A stretch of 34,026 nucleotides of DNA, taken from positions 1 through 34,026 of the forward strand of contig CAJQOV010000064.1 of NCBI GenBank assembly GCA_905480065.1, written 5' to 3'. Shown here in pieces: positions 1 through 10,116 of the stretch. The stretch is from an uncultured Gammaproteobacteria bacterium (GTDB lineage: Bacteria > Pseudomonadota > Gammaproteobacteria > UBA9214). The notes under the pieces are model-generated. The model had not been told where the DNA came from and made no database searches. It saw only the letters and a list, made by a program, of their open reading frames with translations. The first letter of the stretch is position 1; the number at the start of each line of letters is the position of its first letter. The position numbers were made by a program, and so were the translations under genes.

Positions 1-1
1 C

Positions 2-298
2 TACTCGACCGGGGCAGATGGCGGGTTCGTGGAGCTTTCCATCAGCACCGAGATCGAGTTGTCAGACGGTCGGCTGTTGCTGCGCCCCTACCTGATGGAA
101 GGTTTCGATTTCGGCTATATATCCCGAGCGCACGATGGACCCAATAACTTCCAGCTCGGTATCGATTTCACCTGCAAACTGACAGCTGCGCTCAGCATGG
201 TCGGTTCGCTTGCCCACAGCTGGGCACATGAAGATGTCAGGAACGATGGCCGCGGTGACGTGTCCTGGCTGATCATCGGCGTGACGGGAAAAATCTAG
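2..298 (+). CDS. 5'-truncated gene, C-terminus of a probable outer-membrane beta-barrel/hypothetical protein
   Basis: Frame is open from position 2 (YSTGADGGFVELSISTEIEL...) to TAG at 296-298. Alternating hydrophobic/polar strand patterns (NNFQLGIDFT, VSWLIIGVTGKI). Confidence 0.45.
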   Translation, partial: YSTGADGGFVELSISTEIELSDGRLLLRPYLMEGFDFGYISRAHDGPNNFQLGIDFTCKLTAALSMVGSLAHSWAHEDVRNDGRGDVSWLIIGVTGKI

Positions 299-417
299 GG
301 ATGTCTGATTATGCCGGTCCTTGCTGGGCAAGCGGGATATAAGCGCGTAGCGCGTTGTACACCCGTGCGCGGCCCGCAGGGTGACTGAAGTGAAACGCCG
401 GCATTCGCAATGCTGCG

Positions 418-882
418 CTATGGCGCCGTCCCGAAACGATAGGCGGCATGGCAGGACACACAGTTCTGCAGCAGGATATTCAACTGGGAAAGGGCGTGGT
501 CGCGGTCGCCCAGTTGCTCGGCATCGAGTGCCAGTTCATCGAATTTTGTGTGCGTGTCAAAGCCCAGCTGCTTGAAGGACAGCGGCAGCTTGCCCATCAG
601 CGAGCCGGGTACTGCCTGCTGGGCAGCTCGTCCGGATTGCCGGGCATACTGTGCGGCTCGCTGCAGATCGTCCTCCGAGATGGCAGCGGTTACCTGCTGT
701 ACGTTGTCCATGAACATGCGCATTTCGCCTAGCACGAGATCACGCTCGGCCGGTTCCAGCAGAATCACGGTACGCGACTCCGTGCCGGGTGCCACGCTGC
801 CCTGGATCACGAACCGGTAGATTACGCCGGCTGACAGCATGGCCAGCAGTCCAACGATTACCCAGCAACTCTTGCACTGCAT
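418..882 (-). CDS. Membrane-anchored class II (c'-like) cytochrome c
   Basis: Single C-terminal CxxCH (NCVSCHAAYR), helical body, N-terminal hydrophobic anchor. Start moved to ATG 882, which follows an AAGGAGA RBS. Confidence 0.8.
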   Translation of the reverse strand: MQCKSCWVIVGLLAMLSAGVIYRFVIQGSVAPGTESRTVILLEPAERDLVLGEMRMFMDNVQQVTAAISEDDLQRAAQYARQSGRAAQQAVPGSLMGKLPLSFKQLGFDTHTKFDELALDAEQLGDRDHALSQLNILLQNCVSCHAAYRFGTAP

Positions 883-962
883 GGTGTTCTCCTTGTCATT
901 CAATCCATCAAACCCGGCGACAGGGGCGTAACTGCGAAGGTCGCCGGTGTGCCATATGCCAC

Positions 963-2411
963 TTACGGAGAGTCCGGCGTGCTGTCGTTTGCTGCACTGC
1001 CGGCTTCCGGCAACCCGGACCAGCCGCCACCGAGCGCCAGGTACAGATCGACGATCGCCAGCAAACGGTCACGGCGTGCCTCGATCAAGGCAGCTGCCGA
1101 TGTGTCCCGGCCACGCTCACTGTCGAGTACCTCGAGATAGCCGGAATAGCCGGCTTCGAAACGCAATTGCGCCAGCCCGGAGGCGTGCTCCAGGCTGCCA
1201 AAGCGGTCGTGCAGCGCTGCCTCCAGTGCGCCGATCTCGCGGATGGCTACCAGTGCATCGTGGGTCTCACGAAACGCGTTCACTACGGCAGCCTGGTAGG
1301 CCAGCGTATTCTGGTCCAGCTGCGCAGCCGAAATATCCTCTGCCGCACTCAGGGAGGCAAGCCCGGACAGTGGCTGCACTGCGCCGAGCGCAAGTTCCCC
1401 CAGGCGCGCCGGTGCCGAGATGAGATCTGCCAGTTCACCGGATTCATAACCCAGCAAGCCGGTCAGCGAGATGCGCGGAAAGAACGCCGCGCGCGCCGCG
1501 CGCAACTGCCATTCACTGGACAGCAGGCGTGCCTCGGCGGCGATCACGTCGGGACGGCGCGTGAGCAGGCCGGCATCGAGGCCGGCGGGTATGGTGGGCG
1601 ATTCGGCCAGGTCATCCAGTGTCCTGCCACGGGTAATCGCCGGCTCGAATACTTCCCCGGGTGTGCGGCCGAGCAGCACGCTGATGGCCGATTCTGCCTG
1701 CGCGCGGGCCTGGCGCAGGGGCGGCAAGGCGGCCTTCGCGCTGTCGCGCTCGGCGCGCGCCTGGGCAACTTCCAGCATGCCGGTGTCACCTTCACGGTTG
1801 CGTTGCTCGATCAGTTGTACGCTCTCCTCGCGGCCGGCCAGGATGCGCTCCGCCAGTGCGAGTTCGGCGTCGATGCTGCGCAGCTGGAACCAGCTGCGCG
1901 TGAGGCTGGCCGCAAGACTGGCCTGTGCGCCGGCCGTGTCGGCCCGGCTGGCCTGATAGGCGGCATCGGCGCTGCGGGTGGCTGCTGCCACGCGGCCCCA
2001 CACATCCAGTTCCCAGGACAGGCCGAGGCTTATTTGGTAGCCGGTGGTCGAGGCGGCAAACCCGGGCGGCAGGGGATTGGGGCCGATCTCGGATGCGCGG
2101 TTGCGTGATGTCGAGGCGGCCAGGTCAAGATCCGGATAACGCGCTGCCCGGGCCAGCCGGTAGCGCGCGCGTGCCTCATCGAGCCGTGCCTTCGCCTGGC
2201 GCAAATCGAGATTATGGGCCAGCGCCTCGTCGATCAGTGCATCGAGTTGCGGGTCATTGAATGAGTTCCACCAGTGGTCAATGCCCTGCGGTACCGTGGC
2301 GTTCATGGCCGGCAGACTGCCTGGATCGGTGTGCGGTGGCGCAGGGGGATTCAGAGTGGCGCAGGCACTCAGCAGCACGCACATCAGCAAGGCAGGCAGC
2401 AGCCGGTTCAT
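963..2411 (-). CDS. Efflux outer-membrane factor lipoprotein (NodT/OprM family)
   Basis: Lipobox LLSAC; WWNSFNDPQLDALIDEALAHNLDL, SWELDVWG, LLTRRPDV, DLYLALGGGW motifs. True start MNRLLP at 2411 overlaps the RND stop (ATGA). Confidence 0.93.
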   Translation of the reverse strand: MNRLLPALLMCVLLSACATLNPPAPPHTDPGSLPAMNATVPQGIDHWWNSFNDPQLDALIDEALAHNLDLRQAKARLDEARARYRLARAARYPDLDLAASTSRNRASEIGPNPLPPGFAASTTGYQISLGLSWELDVWGRVAAATRSADAAYQASRADTAGAQASLAASLTRSWFQLRSIDAELALAERILAGREESVQLIEQRNREGDTGMLEVAQARAERDSAKAALPPLRQARAQAESAISVLLGRTPGEVFEPAITRGRTLDDLAESPTIPAGLDAGLLTRRPDVIAAEARLLSSEWQLRAARAAFFPRISLTGLLGYESGELADLISAPARLGELALGAVQPLSGLASLSAAEDISAAQLDQNTLAYQAAVVNAFRETHDALVAIREIGALEAALHDRFGSLEHASGLAQLRFEAGYSGYLEVLDSERGRDTSAAALIEARRDRLLAIVDLYLALGGGWSGLPEAGSAANDSTPDSP

Positions 2412-5400
2412 CGCGGGCCACCGGCATGATGCGAGGGAGTATGCGGCGATGCCTGCGGCGGATGGTGCGGCATCTGCTCGAACTCGTCCGGGTCGACGTG
2501 CAGGCGCCGATCGGTGACCAGCCGGTAGAACAGCGGAATGAAAAAGATTGCCAGGAAGGTTGCCGCCAGCATGCCGCCGGCCACGCCGGTGCCGACCGCA
2601 TGCCGTGCACCGGCCCCGGCCCCGGTCGAGAGCGCCAGTGGCAGTACGCCGAGGATGAAGGCGAGCGAGGTCATCAGGATCGGGCGGAAGCGCAGGCGAG
2701 CCGCTTCCATGGCTGCGGCGCTGGCAGAATAGCCTTCCCCTTTCTTGAGCAAGGCATATTCGACGATCAGGATCGCGTTCTTTGCCGCCAGGCCGAGCAG
2801 GGTGACCAGGCCGATCTGGAAATAGACGTCGTTGCTCAGGCCACGTAACCAGACGGCGGCGAGCGCACCGAAGGTGCCGAACGGCAGCGCCAATTGCACC
2901 GCGATGGGCAGTGACCATTTCTCGTACAGCGCGGCGAGAATCAGGAATACCATCAGCACCGCGAGCCCCAGTGCCAGTGTGGACGTGCCGCTGGAACGCT
3001 TCTCCTGGAACGAGGCCGAGGTCCACTCGTAGCTGAAGTCTTTGGGCAGGGTACGATTGGCGATTTCCTCGACGATGGTAATGGCCTGGCCGGAACTGAT
3101 GCCGGGTGCCGAGCTGCCGAAAATCTTCACTGCCTGCACATTGTTGTATCGATCCAGCGTCTCCGGTCCCGAGGTGTAGTCAACCCTGGCCAGCGTCGAG
3201 AGCGGTATCCGGGCACCGTTGTTGGCCTGTACATAGAGTGCGCCGACGTCTTCCGGGCTGGCGCGGTAGGCCGGTTCTGCCGACATCTGCACCTGCCAGG
3301 TGCGGCCGTACTTGTTGAAGTCATTCACGTAATAGGTGCCGAGCGTGGCCGCGACCGTGGTAAACAGGCTATCGATGTCGACGCCGAGCAGTTTCGCCTT
3401 CTCCCGGTCAACATCCAGAAACAGTTGCGGTACGCGCGAACGCCACAACGACAGTGGTTGCACGATGCGCTGGTCCTTGCGCAGTTCACCGAGCAGCTGC
3501 TCACTGACCTCGGCAAGTCGCTTTGCGCCGCCTTCGCCGCGGTTTTGCAGGTACAACTCGAAGCCGCCCGCATTGCCGAGGCCGAAGATGGGTGGCGGTG
3601 CGAACGCCAGCACCAGCCCCTCGCGGATGCCGGCGGTCTTTGTCATTAACTCGTTGACCATGTCATTGATCGAGCGTTTGCGTTCGTCCCAGTGCCGGGC
3701 TGCGACAAAGATGGTTGCCGCGCTGTTGCGGAAGCCGCCGCCCAGAAAATCCATGCCGGCAAACGCCACCACGTGCTCGGCATCCGGATCGGCGCGCATG
3801 ATTCCGATCACGCGCTGCACCACGGCCTCGGTGCGTGACAGGCTGGAGCCGTCCGGCAGGTAAACGGCGCCGATGTAATAGCCCTGGTCCTCGTCCGGCA
3901 CCAGCGAACCCGGTGTGACCTGCCACAGGAAGATCGCTGCGGCCACCATCACCAGGTACATGGCGATGGCCAGCCCGGCACGCCGCAACAGGAAGTTGAC
4001 CCCGGACAGGTAGCCGTGGGTGACCCTGGCAAAGCCGTGATTGAAGGCGGCAAAGAATCGGCCCGGCTGCCGGCCCTGGCCCTGCAGGATGATCATCGAC
4101 AGTGCCGGGGTCAGTGTCAGTGCCACGAAGCCGGACAGCACCACGGCAATGGAGATGGTTACCGCGAACTGGCGGTAGAGTTCGCCGGTCAGGCCGCCCA
4201 GGAAGGCGATCGGGATGAATACCGCGCACAGCACCAGCACGATCGCGATTACCGGTCCGGTGACCTCGCGCATCGCCTTCAGCGCGGCCTCGCGCGCGCT
4301 GCGCTGTTCCTCGTGCATGATGCGCTCGATGTTTTCCAGTACCACGATGGCATCATCGACCACGATACCGATCGACAGCACCATGCCGAACAGGGTGAGT
4401 GTATTGATGGTGTAGCCGAGCATTTGCAGCCCGATGAAGGTGCCGAGCAGGGATACCGGCACCGCGATCACCGGGATCAGCGTGGCGCGCCAGTTCTGCA
4501 GGAACACAAACACCACGAGTACCACCAGCAGGATGGCCTCGCCGAGTGTCTTGACGACTTCGCGGATCGACACCTCGACAAACCGCGTGGTGTCGTAGGG
4601 GATCGCATAGGTCAGTCCCTGGGGGAACTGCTGTGCCAGTCCGGCGACCGTGGCCTTGACCTCGTCGCCGACTGCCAGTGCGTTTGCGCCCGGCTGCAGG
4701 AAGATGCCGACCAGGGTGGCCGGCTTGCCGTTGTAGAGGCCGGTGAAGTCGTAGTCCCGCGAACCCAGCTCGATGCGCGCGACATCCTTGAGCCTGAGCA
4801 GCGCGGTACCTTCACCGGCACGCAGGATGATGTCGCCGAATTCTTCCGGTGTCGACAGGCGCCCGCGGGCATTGATGGTATAGACCAGTTCGTGGCCGGC
4901 CCCGATCGGTGGCTGGCCGATCTTGCCGGCGGCGAACTGGGCGTTCTGTTCCTGGATGGCGTGAGCGATCTCATCCGCCGTCACGCCCAGCTCGGCCATG
5001 CGGTCCGGCTTCAGCCAGATGCGCATGGCGTAATCCTTGGCGCCGAAGATCTGCACATTGGTAGTGCCGGGGATGCGCTTGAGCCGGTCCAGCACGTTCA
5101 GCGTGACGTAATTGCTGGTGTAGAGATCGTCGAAATGACCGTCCGGCGAGAGAAAGGCAAACACCTGCAGGAAAGCCGACGAACCTTTTTCGACGGTTAC
5201 GCCCTGGCGCCGGACATCTTCCGGCAGGCGCGGCTCGGCCTGTTTCACCCGGTTGTTGACGGTGAGTGCGGCCTGGTCGACGTCGGAGCCGATCTCGAAG
5301 GTGACCTGTATTTCCAGCACGCCGTTGGAGGCCGAGGTAGAGCTCATGTACATCAGGTCCTCGACGCCGTTGATGGCATTTTCCAGCGGGGCGGCAACGG

Positions 5401-5581
5401 TCTGCTCGATCGTCTCTGCCGAGGCGCCGGGATAGATGGCACGCACCGTGACGACCGGCGGGGCAATCTCCGGATATTGTGCGATCGGCAGGGCGCGCAT
5501 CGACAGCAGGCCGCCCAGCACCAGGAAGATCGACAGCACCGCGGCAAAGATCGGGCGATCGATGAAAAAGCGTGACAGCAT
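2408..5581 (-). CDS. RND multidrug efflux permease (HAE1, AcrB/MexB family)
   Basis: MLSRFFIDRPIFAAV, QYPEIAPP, GIVVDDAIVVLENIER, GLAAKNAILIVE, RFRPILMTSLAFILG; 1057 aa. Confidence 0.96.
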   Translation of the reverse strand: MLSRFFIDRPIFAAVLSIFLVLGGLLSMRALPIAQYPEIAPPVVTVRAIYPGASAETIEQTVAAPLENAINGVEDLMYMSSTSASNGVLEIQVTFEIGSDVDQAALTVNNRVKQAEPRLPEDVRRQGVTVEKGSSAFLQVFAFLSPDGHFDDLYTSNYVTLNVLDRLKRIPGTTNVQIFGAKDYAMRIWLKPDRMAELGVTADEIAHAIQEQNAQFAAGKIGQPPIGAGHELVYTINARGRLSTPEEFGDIILRAGEGTALLRLKDVARIELGSRDYDFTGLYNGKPATLVGIFLQPGANALAVGDEVKATVAGLAQQFPQGLTYAIPYDTTRFVEVSIREVVKTLGEAILLVVLVVFVFLQNWRATLIPVIAVPVSLLGTFIGLQMLGYTINTLTLFGMVLSIGIVVDDAIVVLENIERIMHEEQRSAREAALKAMREVTGPVIAIVLVLCAVFIPIAFLGGLTGELYRQFAVTISIAVVLSGFVALTLTPALSMIILQGQGRQPGRFFAAFNHGFARVTHGYLSGVNFLLRRAGLAIAMYLVMVAAAIFLWQVTPGSLVPDEDQGYYIGAVYLPDGSSLSRTEAVVQRVIGIMRADPDAEHVVAFAGMDFLGGGFRNSAATIFVAARHWDERKRSINDMVNELMTKTAGIREGLVLAFAPPPIFGLGNAGGFELYLQNRGEGGAKRLAEVSEQLLGELRKDQRIVQPLSLWRSRVPQLFLDVDREKAKLLGVDIDSLFTTVAATLGTYYVNDFNKYGRTWQVQMSAEPAYRASPEDVGALYVQANNGARIPLSTLARVDYTSGPETLDRYNNVQAVKIFGSSAPGISSGQAITIVEEIANRTLPKDFSYEWTSASFQEKRSSGTSTLALGLAVLMVFLILAALYEKWSLPIAVQLALPFGTFGALAAVWLRGLSNDVYFQIGLVTLLGLAAKNAILIVEYALLKKGEGYSASAAAMEAARLRFRPILMTSLAFILGVLPLALSTGAGAGARHAVGTGVAGGMLAATFLAIFFIPLFYRLVTDRRLHVDPDEFEQMPHHPPQASPHTPSHHAGGPR

Positions 5582-5583
5582 GC

Positions 5584-6813
5584 TCAGTGATCCCCGGCAG
5601 CGGCTGCCGGTGTGGTATCAGCGCCGGAATCCACGCCCGGCGGCTGTGGCTGGATCGGCATGCCGGGGAAGAAAATGCGCGCGGTGCCATCGATCACCAC
5701 CTGGTCGCCGGCCGCCAGCCCCGAGTGGATCACCCAGAGTCGCTCGGTTGCGCCGTTGGCCGACTTCTCCACCCACCGCCCGACCCCGAGGTGTTTTGGC
5801 AAGGCGACCGTCATGCCGTTTTCGCCCGCGCTGGCCACGTACACGAACTTGCCGGTGGCGTCTTCCTGTACGGCCCGCTGAGGTACCGCCAGCGCATTCG
5901 GCAATACACCGCCTTCAACATGTACCCGCACGAACTGCCCAGGGTTGAGTTTCGCGTCCGGGTTGGGCAGCGTGGCGCGGGCATCGAAGGCGCCAGTCAG
6001 CGGGTCGGTACGGTAATCATTGAAATCGAAGCGTCCGGTCAACGGGTACATCGTGCCGTCTGCGAGTTCTACCAGCACGCGGCTCTGTTCCGGCGCTGGC
6101 ATCACCAGCTGGCCCGTGGCGATTTGCCGATCGAGTTCCAGCCGCTCGTCACCGGAGATGGAAAACCGCACGTACAGGGGGTCGATCTGTGCAAGGGTGG
6201 CGAGTGCCCCGGAGGTCGGTGACACCAGTGCCCCTTCGACCCGCAGGGCGCGACCGATACGTCCGGCGATCGGCGCAACGACATCGGTGTAGTTGAGTTC
6301 CAGTTGCGTCTCGGCCAGTTCCGCCTCGGCGACCGCGACAGCGGCCTGGGCCAGGTCGTGTTCCGAGACGGCGTCGTCCAGTTCACGCTGGCTGATGGCC
6401 TTTGCCTCGGCCAGTGGCGCCAGCCGCCTGGCTTCGCGTTCCGTCTGGGTCAGTCGCGCATTTGCCTCGGCCAGTGCCGCTTTCGCCGCGCGCTGGCGTG
6501 CCGCGAATGGTGCGGGGTCGATCTGGAACAGCCGCTGGCCGGCCTTGACCCGGCCGCCTTCCTCGAACAGCCGTTGCTGGATCAGCCCGCTAATGCGCGG
6601 CCGGATCTCGATCTCGCGCGACGCCTCCAGTCGGCCCACGTATTCAAACTGTACCGGCAATTCCTGTGGCTGTAACTCGATCACCGTGACCTGTGTGGCC
6701 GGTGGCGTAGCGCCGGCTTTATCCGAATCGGATTTGCCGCAGCCGGACAGTGGTACGACGAGCAATGTAACGATCAAGCCGGTTACTGCTGCGCGGTAAT
6801 GTTTTATTGCCAT
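5584..6813 (-). CDS. RND periplasmic adaptor (MFP), lipoprotein
   Basis: Lipobox LSGC; EIRPRISG...FEEG...LFQIDP, APIAGRIG, PGQFVRV motifs; canonical hairpin tip RLAPLAEAKAIS. Start probably MAIKHYR at 6813. Confidence 0.92.
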   Translation of the reverse strand: MAIKHYRAAVTGLIVTLLVVPLSGCGKSDSDKAGATPPATQVTVIELQPQELPVQFEYVGRLEASREIEIRPRISGLIQQRLFEEGGRVKAGQRLFQIDPAPFAARQRAAKAALAEANARLTQTEREARRLAPLAEAKAISQRELDDAVSEHDLAQAAVAVAEAELAETQLELNYTDVVAPIAGRIGRALRVEGALVSPTSGALATLAQIDPLYVRFSISGDERLELDRQIATGQLVMPAPEQSRVLVELADGTMYPLTGRFDFNDYRTDPLTGAFDARATLPNPDAKLNPGQFVRVHVEGGVLPNALAVPQRAVQEDATGKFVYVASAGENGMTVALPKHLGVGRWVEKSANGATERLWVIHSGLAAGDQVVIDGTARIFFPGMPIQPQPPGVDSGADTTPAAAAGDH

Positions 6814-7330
6814 GGGATAAATTTCCATTGTGCTGGATTGACGGAGGCGTGGTGAGTCGCGGTCTGGTTGCAATCTGGCAGACAGTCGTGGTGCCGGACC
6901 TCAAGACCAGCTGAATGCTCCGGATTATGGCCTAGCGCCGGTGCATTTACGAGTGAGCGGGCCTGGTCAGGCTGAGCGGCCCAGCCACAACCTGGAAGAC
7001 CTGGTGGAGCCGGGATGAATGACGGGAATCACACCACGGGCCGGAACAGTCCTGGTCGAGGTGCACGGGGACCCTGAACAAATCATTCCTGCTTGCGCCG
7101 GGGTAGCAGGCTTACCCTGGTGTTTCCCGGCAGCGCTAGCAGCCACACCTTGTTATGGTAACGGTCGCCCGGGTGAAGCGGGTCGATCCAGTTCCTGGGC
7201 CAGGGACGCAAACACCTAAGCCGGCCGCTGGTTGCCGGCGGGTTTTGTTGTCAGTATGGTCGACGCGGTATCCCGGGACCGGGAAAGAACCCGGGCACTC
7301 GCTGGATTGACAGCCCTGACCAGCGCTGTC

Positions 7331-7639
7331 TTAAACGACTACCACCGAATTATCCGCATTCCCGTAGGGCGAGGGTACGTACTTGTCGGCTTTCCAGTCG
7401 TTTTCCCAGGTGGATTCGTCTATCAGGTAGCGAAACTGGTACTCGCGATCCGGTTCCAGGTTCAGCGTGACGCTGAACGTGCCGTCCTTGCGTTTTTTCA
7501 GCGGTATGGTGTAAAGGTCCCAGCCATTGAAGTCACCGACGATATTGACCTTGACGGCATCCCTGGCTGCCTCGGGCGGCAGCTGGAAGGTAACCTTGCA
7601 AACGGGTGATTTTTTCAGGTACTGCTTCTTCAGACTCAT
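7331..7639 (-). CDS. Stand-alone glycogen-binding (CBM48 / isoamylase early-set) domain protein
   Basis: CKVTFQLP, VNIVGDFNGW, YQFRYLID, WENDWKADKYV motifs; strong AGGAGG RBS. Confidence 0.88.
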   Translation of the reverse strand: MSLKKQYLKKSPVCKVTFQLPPEAARDAVKVNIVGDFNGWDLYTIPLKKRKDGTFSVTLNLEPDREYQFRYLIDESTWENDWKADKYVPSPYGNADNSVVVV

Positions 7640-7685
7640 TGACTCCTCCTGTAACAGAACGCGTTAAAGATCAGGAATTATTGTT

Positions 7686-8357
7686 CTATTGGCTTGCCGG
7701 TACAGCTGCCTCCCACAGGCGCAGACCGCCCAGGATGGCGTTGTTGTTATCTCCATGCTCTACGATGCCGGGCAATTCGGCCGCGCTAAAGCGTGCCGCA
7801 TTGCCACCGCCAAGCACGATATAGTCCGGGCACAGGGCGTAGGCATACAGGTTAATTGCTTCAAATACATATTCTTTCCAGCGCTCCACGCCGAGTCGTT
7901 CGAGACTGGCCTTGCCCAGGCAGGCCTCGAAGGTCCCGCCATCACGGAACGGCAGGTGGGAAATCTCCATGGGTACGACATGGCCGTCATGGATCAAGGC
8001 GGTACCCAGGCCGGTGCCCAGGCCGAGAAACAGCATCACGCCGCCATGGTAACTGCCGAGCGCCTGCATGGCAGCATCGTTGATCATACGCACCGGGCAG
8101 CCGAATGCTGCGCCGAAATCGAAGTCAACCCAGCCGCCACCGAGATTGACCGGTTCGCGTACCGGGTGGTTGTCGCGGACCGGACCTGGATAGCCGATGG
8201 ATACATGATCATACTTCCAGTTGCCGGTAGCCTCGGCAGTCACCCGCATCAGTTGTTCGGGTGTCATCAAGGTCGGCGTGGTGACGCTGTGTACCGGCGT
8301 GCCGCGCATCCCCAGCTTGACGCGGAAGCCGCCGATGTCGACTACCAGAATTTCCAT
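7686..8357 (-). CDS. ROK-family sugar kinase (polyphosphate glucokinase-like)
   Basis: ILVVDIGG, VSIGYPGPV, INDAAMQALG, FLGLGTGLG, YIVLGGGN motifs. Start set at MEILVVDIGG (8357). Confidence 0.87.
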   Translation of the reverse strand: MEILVVDIGGFRVKLGMRGTPVHSVTTPTLMTPEQLMRVTAEATGNWKYDHVSIGYPGPVRDNHPVREPVNLGGGWVDFDFGAAFGCPVRMINDAAMQALGSYHGGVMLFLGLGTGLGTALIHDGHVVPMEISHLPFRDGGTFEACLGKASLERLGVERWKEYVFEAINLYAYALCPDYIVLGGGNAARFSAAELPGIVEHGDNNNAILGGLRLWEAAVPASQ

Positions 8358-8500
8358 GTGCTGCCCCCGGTATCCGGTCCCTGTGGTTGTGATGAAACAC
8401 CGGCGGGTAGATCCTCTACAGCCGCTGTTGTGTGGTGCTGACACATGCGGAGAATGTACCACGTCAGCGTGAATCTTCCAGCGTATTCCCTGTGCGGGAA

Positions 8501-8514
8501 TTGACGTGCATCAA
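8501..8514. promoter_or_regulatory. FNR/ANR-type binding site upstream of glgC (divergent ROK-glgC region)
   Basis: TTGAC-GTGC-ATCAA matches TTGAT-N4-ATCAA at 9/10. TAAAGT at 8537-8542 is spaced like the -10 of a class II promoter facing glgC. Confidence 0.7.
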
Positions 8515-8630
8515 CAGCCGGATTCGCAAGCTGTAATAAAGTGCTTTTAAGGTGTAGTTGGGAGGGGCTGTGCCGGCTGGATTGACGACCACACTCTCGA
8601 GACTTGATGTCGCATCTCCAGAGGTTTCGC

Positions 8631-9950
8631 ATGACAACGGTTACACCTGAAGAACAGGTCAGCAACTACAGATATCACGTTGAGCCGCAGCTGGTCAATG
8701 ATCTGACGCGTCGTACACTGGTGCTGGTTCTGGCAGGTGGCGAAGGATCACGATTGCATGACCTGACCCGCTGGCGGGCCAAGCCGGCAGTTCCGTTTGG
8801 CGGCAAGTACCGCATTATTGACTTCGCCCTGTCCAACTGCATCAATTCAGGCATGCGCCGCATCGGCGTGCTGACACAGTACCGCGCCCATTCCCTGATC
8901 CGTCACATCCAGCGTGCCTGGAGTTTCCTGCGCAACGAGATCGGCGAGTTTGTCGAGATCCTGCCTGCCCAGCAGCGCACGCTGGACAAGCGCTGGTACA
9001 AGGGCACGGCGGATGCCTTGTTTCAGAACATCGATATCATCGACCGTCATTCCCCGGACTATGTCATGGTGCTGGGTGGGGACCATATCTACACCATGGA
9101 CTATTCGCGCATGTTGTTTCATCACGTCGAACACAAAGCGGACTGTACCGTAGGTTGCATCGAGGTGCCGATCGGCGAGGCCAGCAGCTACGGGGTCATG
9201 AGCATTGACGACACCACCCGGGTTACCCGGTTCGCCGAAAAACCCCTGCATCCGGATGGTATCCCGGGCAAGCCGGATACCGCGCTTGCCTCCATGGGTA
9301 TCTACATCTTTTCCGCCAGCAAGTTGTACCGGTTGCTGCATAGCGATGCGATCAACCTGAACTCATCGCACGATTTCGGCAAGGATGTCGTGCCGAACTC
9401 CGTGGAAAAATGTCGCGTGTTTGCCTATCCCTTCACCAAACCGGATGGTACGCCGGCCTACTGGCGCGATGTCGGTACGGTAGATTCCTACTGGCAGGCG
9501 AATATCGAGTTGTGCGCAGTGGAGCCGAAGCTGAATCTCTACGACCGGCACTGGCCGATCTGGACCTACCAGAACCAGCTGCCGCCGGCCAAGTTCGTGT
9601 TTGACGATGAGGACCGCCGTGGCTGCGCGACTGACTCCCTGATCTCGGCCGGTGTCATCGTGTCCGGTGCCAGTATCAAGCGTTGCATCGTGTTCTTTGC
9701 CTGCCGCATCGGAAGCCGCAGCGTGGTACGCGACAGCGTGATACTGCCCAAGGTCACCATTGGTGACGACTGCCGCATCTACAACACGATTATCGACAAG
9801 GGCTGTGTAATACCCGATGGAACGGTGATCGGTGAGGATATCAAGGAAGACGCCAGGCGCTTCCACGTCACACCGAAGGGGATACGCCTGGTCACGCGCG
9901 CGATGATGGGGCAGCACGTCTCCGAGTTGCTTGATCCGCTGCTGGGGTAG
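8631..9950 (+). CDS. glgC: Glucose-1-phosphate adenylyltransferase
   Basis: LAGGEGSRL, KPAVPFGGKYRIIDF, WYKGTADA, GDHIY, FAEKP, ASMGIY, DFGKD, YWRDVG. Start probably ATG 8631 after GAGG. Confidence 0.96.
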   Translation: MTTVTPEEQVSNYRYHVEPQLVNDLTRRTLVLVLAGGEGSRLHDLTRWRAKPAVPFGGKYRIIDFALSNCINSGMRRIGVLTQYRAHSLIRHIQRAWSFLRNEIGEFVEILPAQQRTLDKRWYKGTADALFQNIDIIDRHSPDYVMVLGGDHIYTMDYSRMLFHHVEHKADCTVGCIEVPIGEASSYGVMSIDDTTRVTRFAEKPLHPDGIPGKPDTALASMGIYIFSASKLYRLLHSDAINLNSSHDFGKDVVPNSVEKCRVFAYPFTKPDGTPAYWRDVGTVDSYWQANIELCAVEPKLNLYDRHWPIWTYQNQLPPAKFVFDDEDRRGCATDSLISAGVIVSGASIKRCIVFFACRIGSRSVVRDSVILPKVTIGDDCRIYNTIIDKGCVIPDGTVIGEDIKEDARRFHVTPKGIRLVTRAMMGQHVSELLDPLLG

Positions 9951-10116
9951 GGGATGGGTCCATGGCTGTCATCCCCGGAAGCCAAACAGCAGGTCTGCGG
10001 GGTGATGGCAATGCCGGTCGTCCCGCTCATCCCGGAGTAAAACAGCTTGCCGGGCTTGCTACCCGTGCAGCCGCTAGCGGTGCTGCTGGAGTGTGTTTGG
10101 CGTGTCGAATCATGTA

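Noticed and set aside
789-2108. 439-aa + strand ORF
   Set aside because: Antisense shadow of the OMF gene; no recognisable motifs.
2412-3026. N-terminal extension making the OMF 687 aa
   Set aside because: Out-of-frame overlap with the RND gene; the lipoprotein signal starts at 2411.
4016-5575. 519-aa + strand ORF
   Set aside because: Antisense shadow of the RND gene, expected from high-GC codon bias.
7019-7250. 66-aa ORF followed by a weak hairpin and T-run; possible small gene or ncRNA
   Set aside because: No recognisable protein or RNA family features; cannot be supported without a search.
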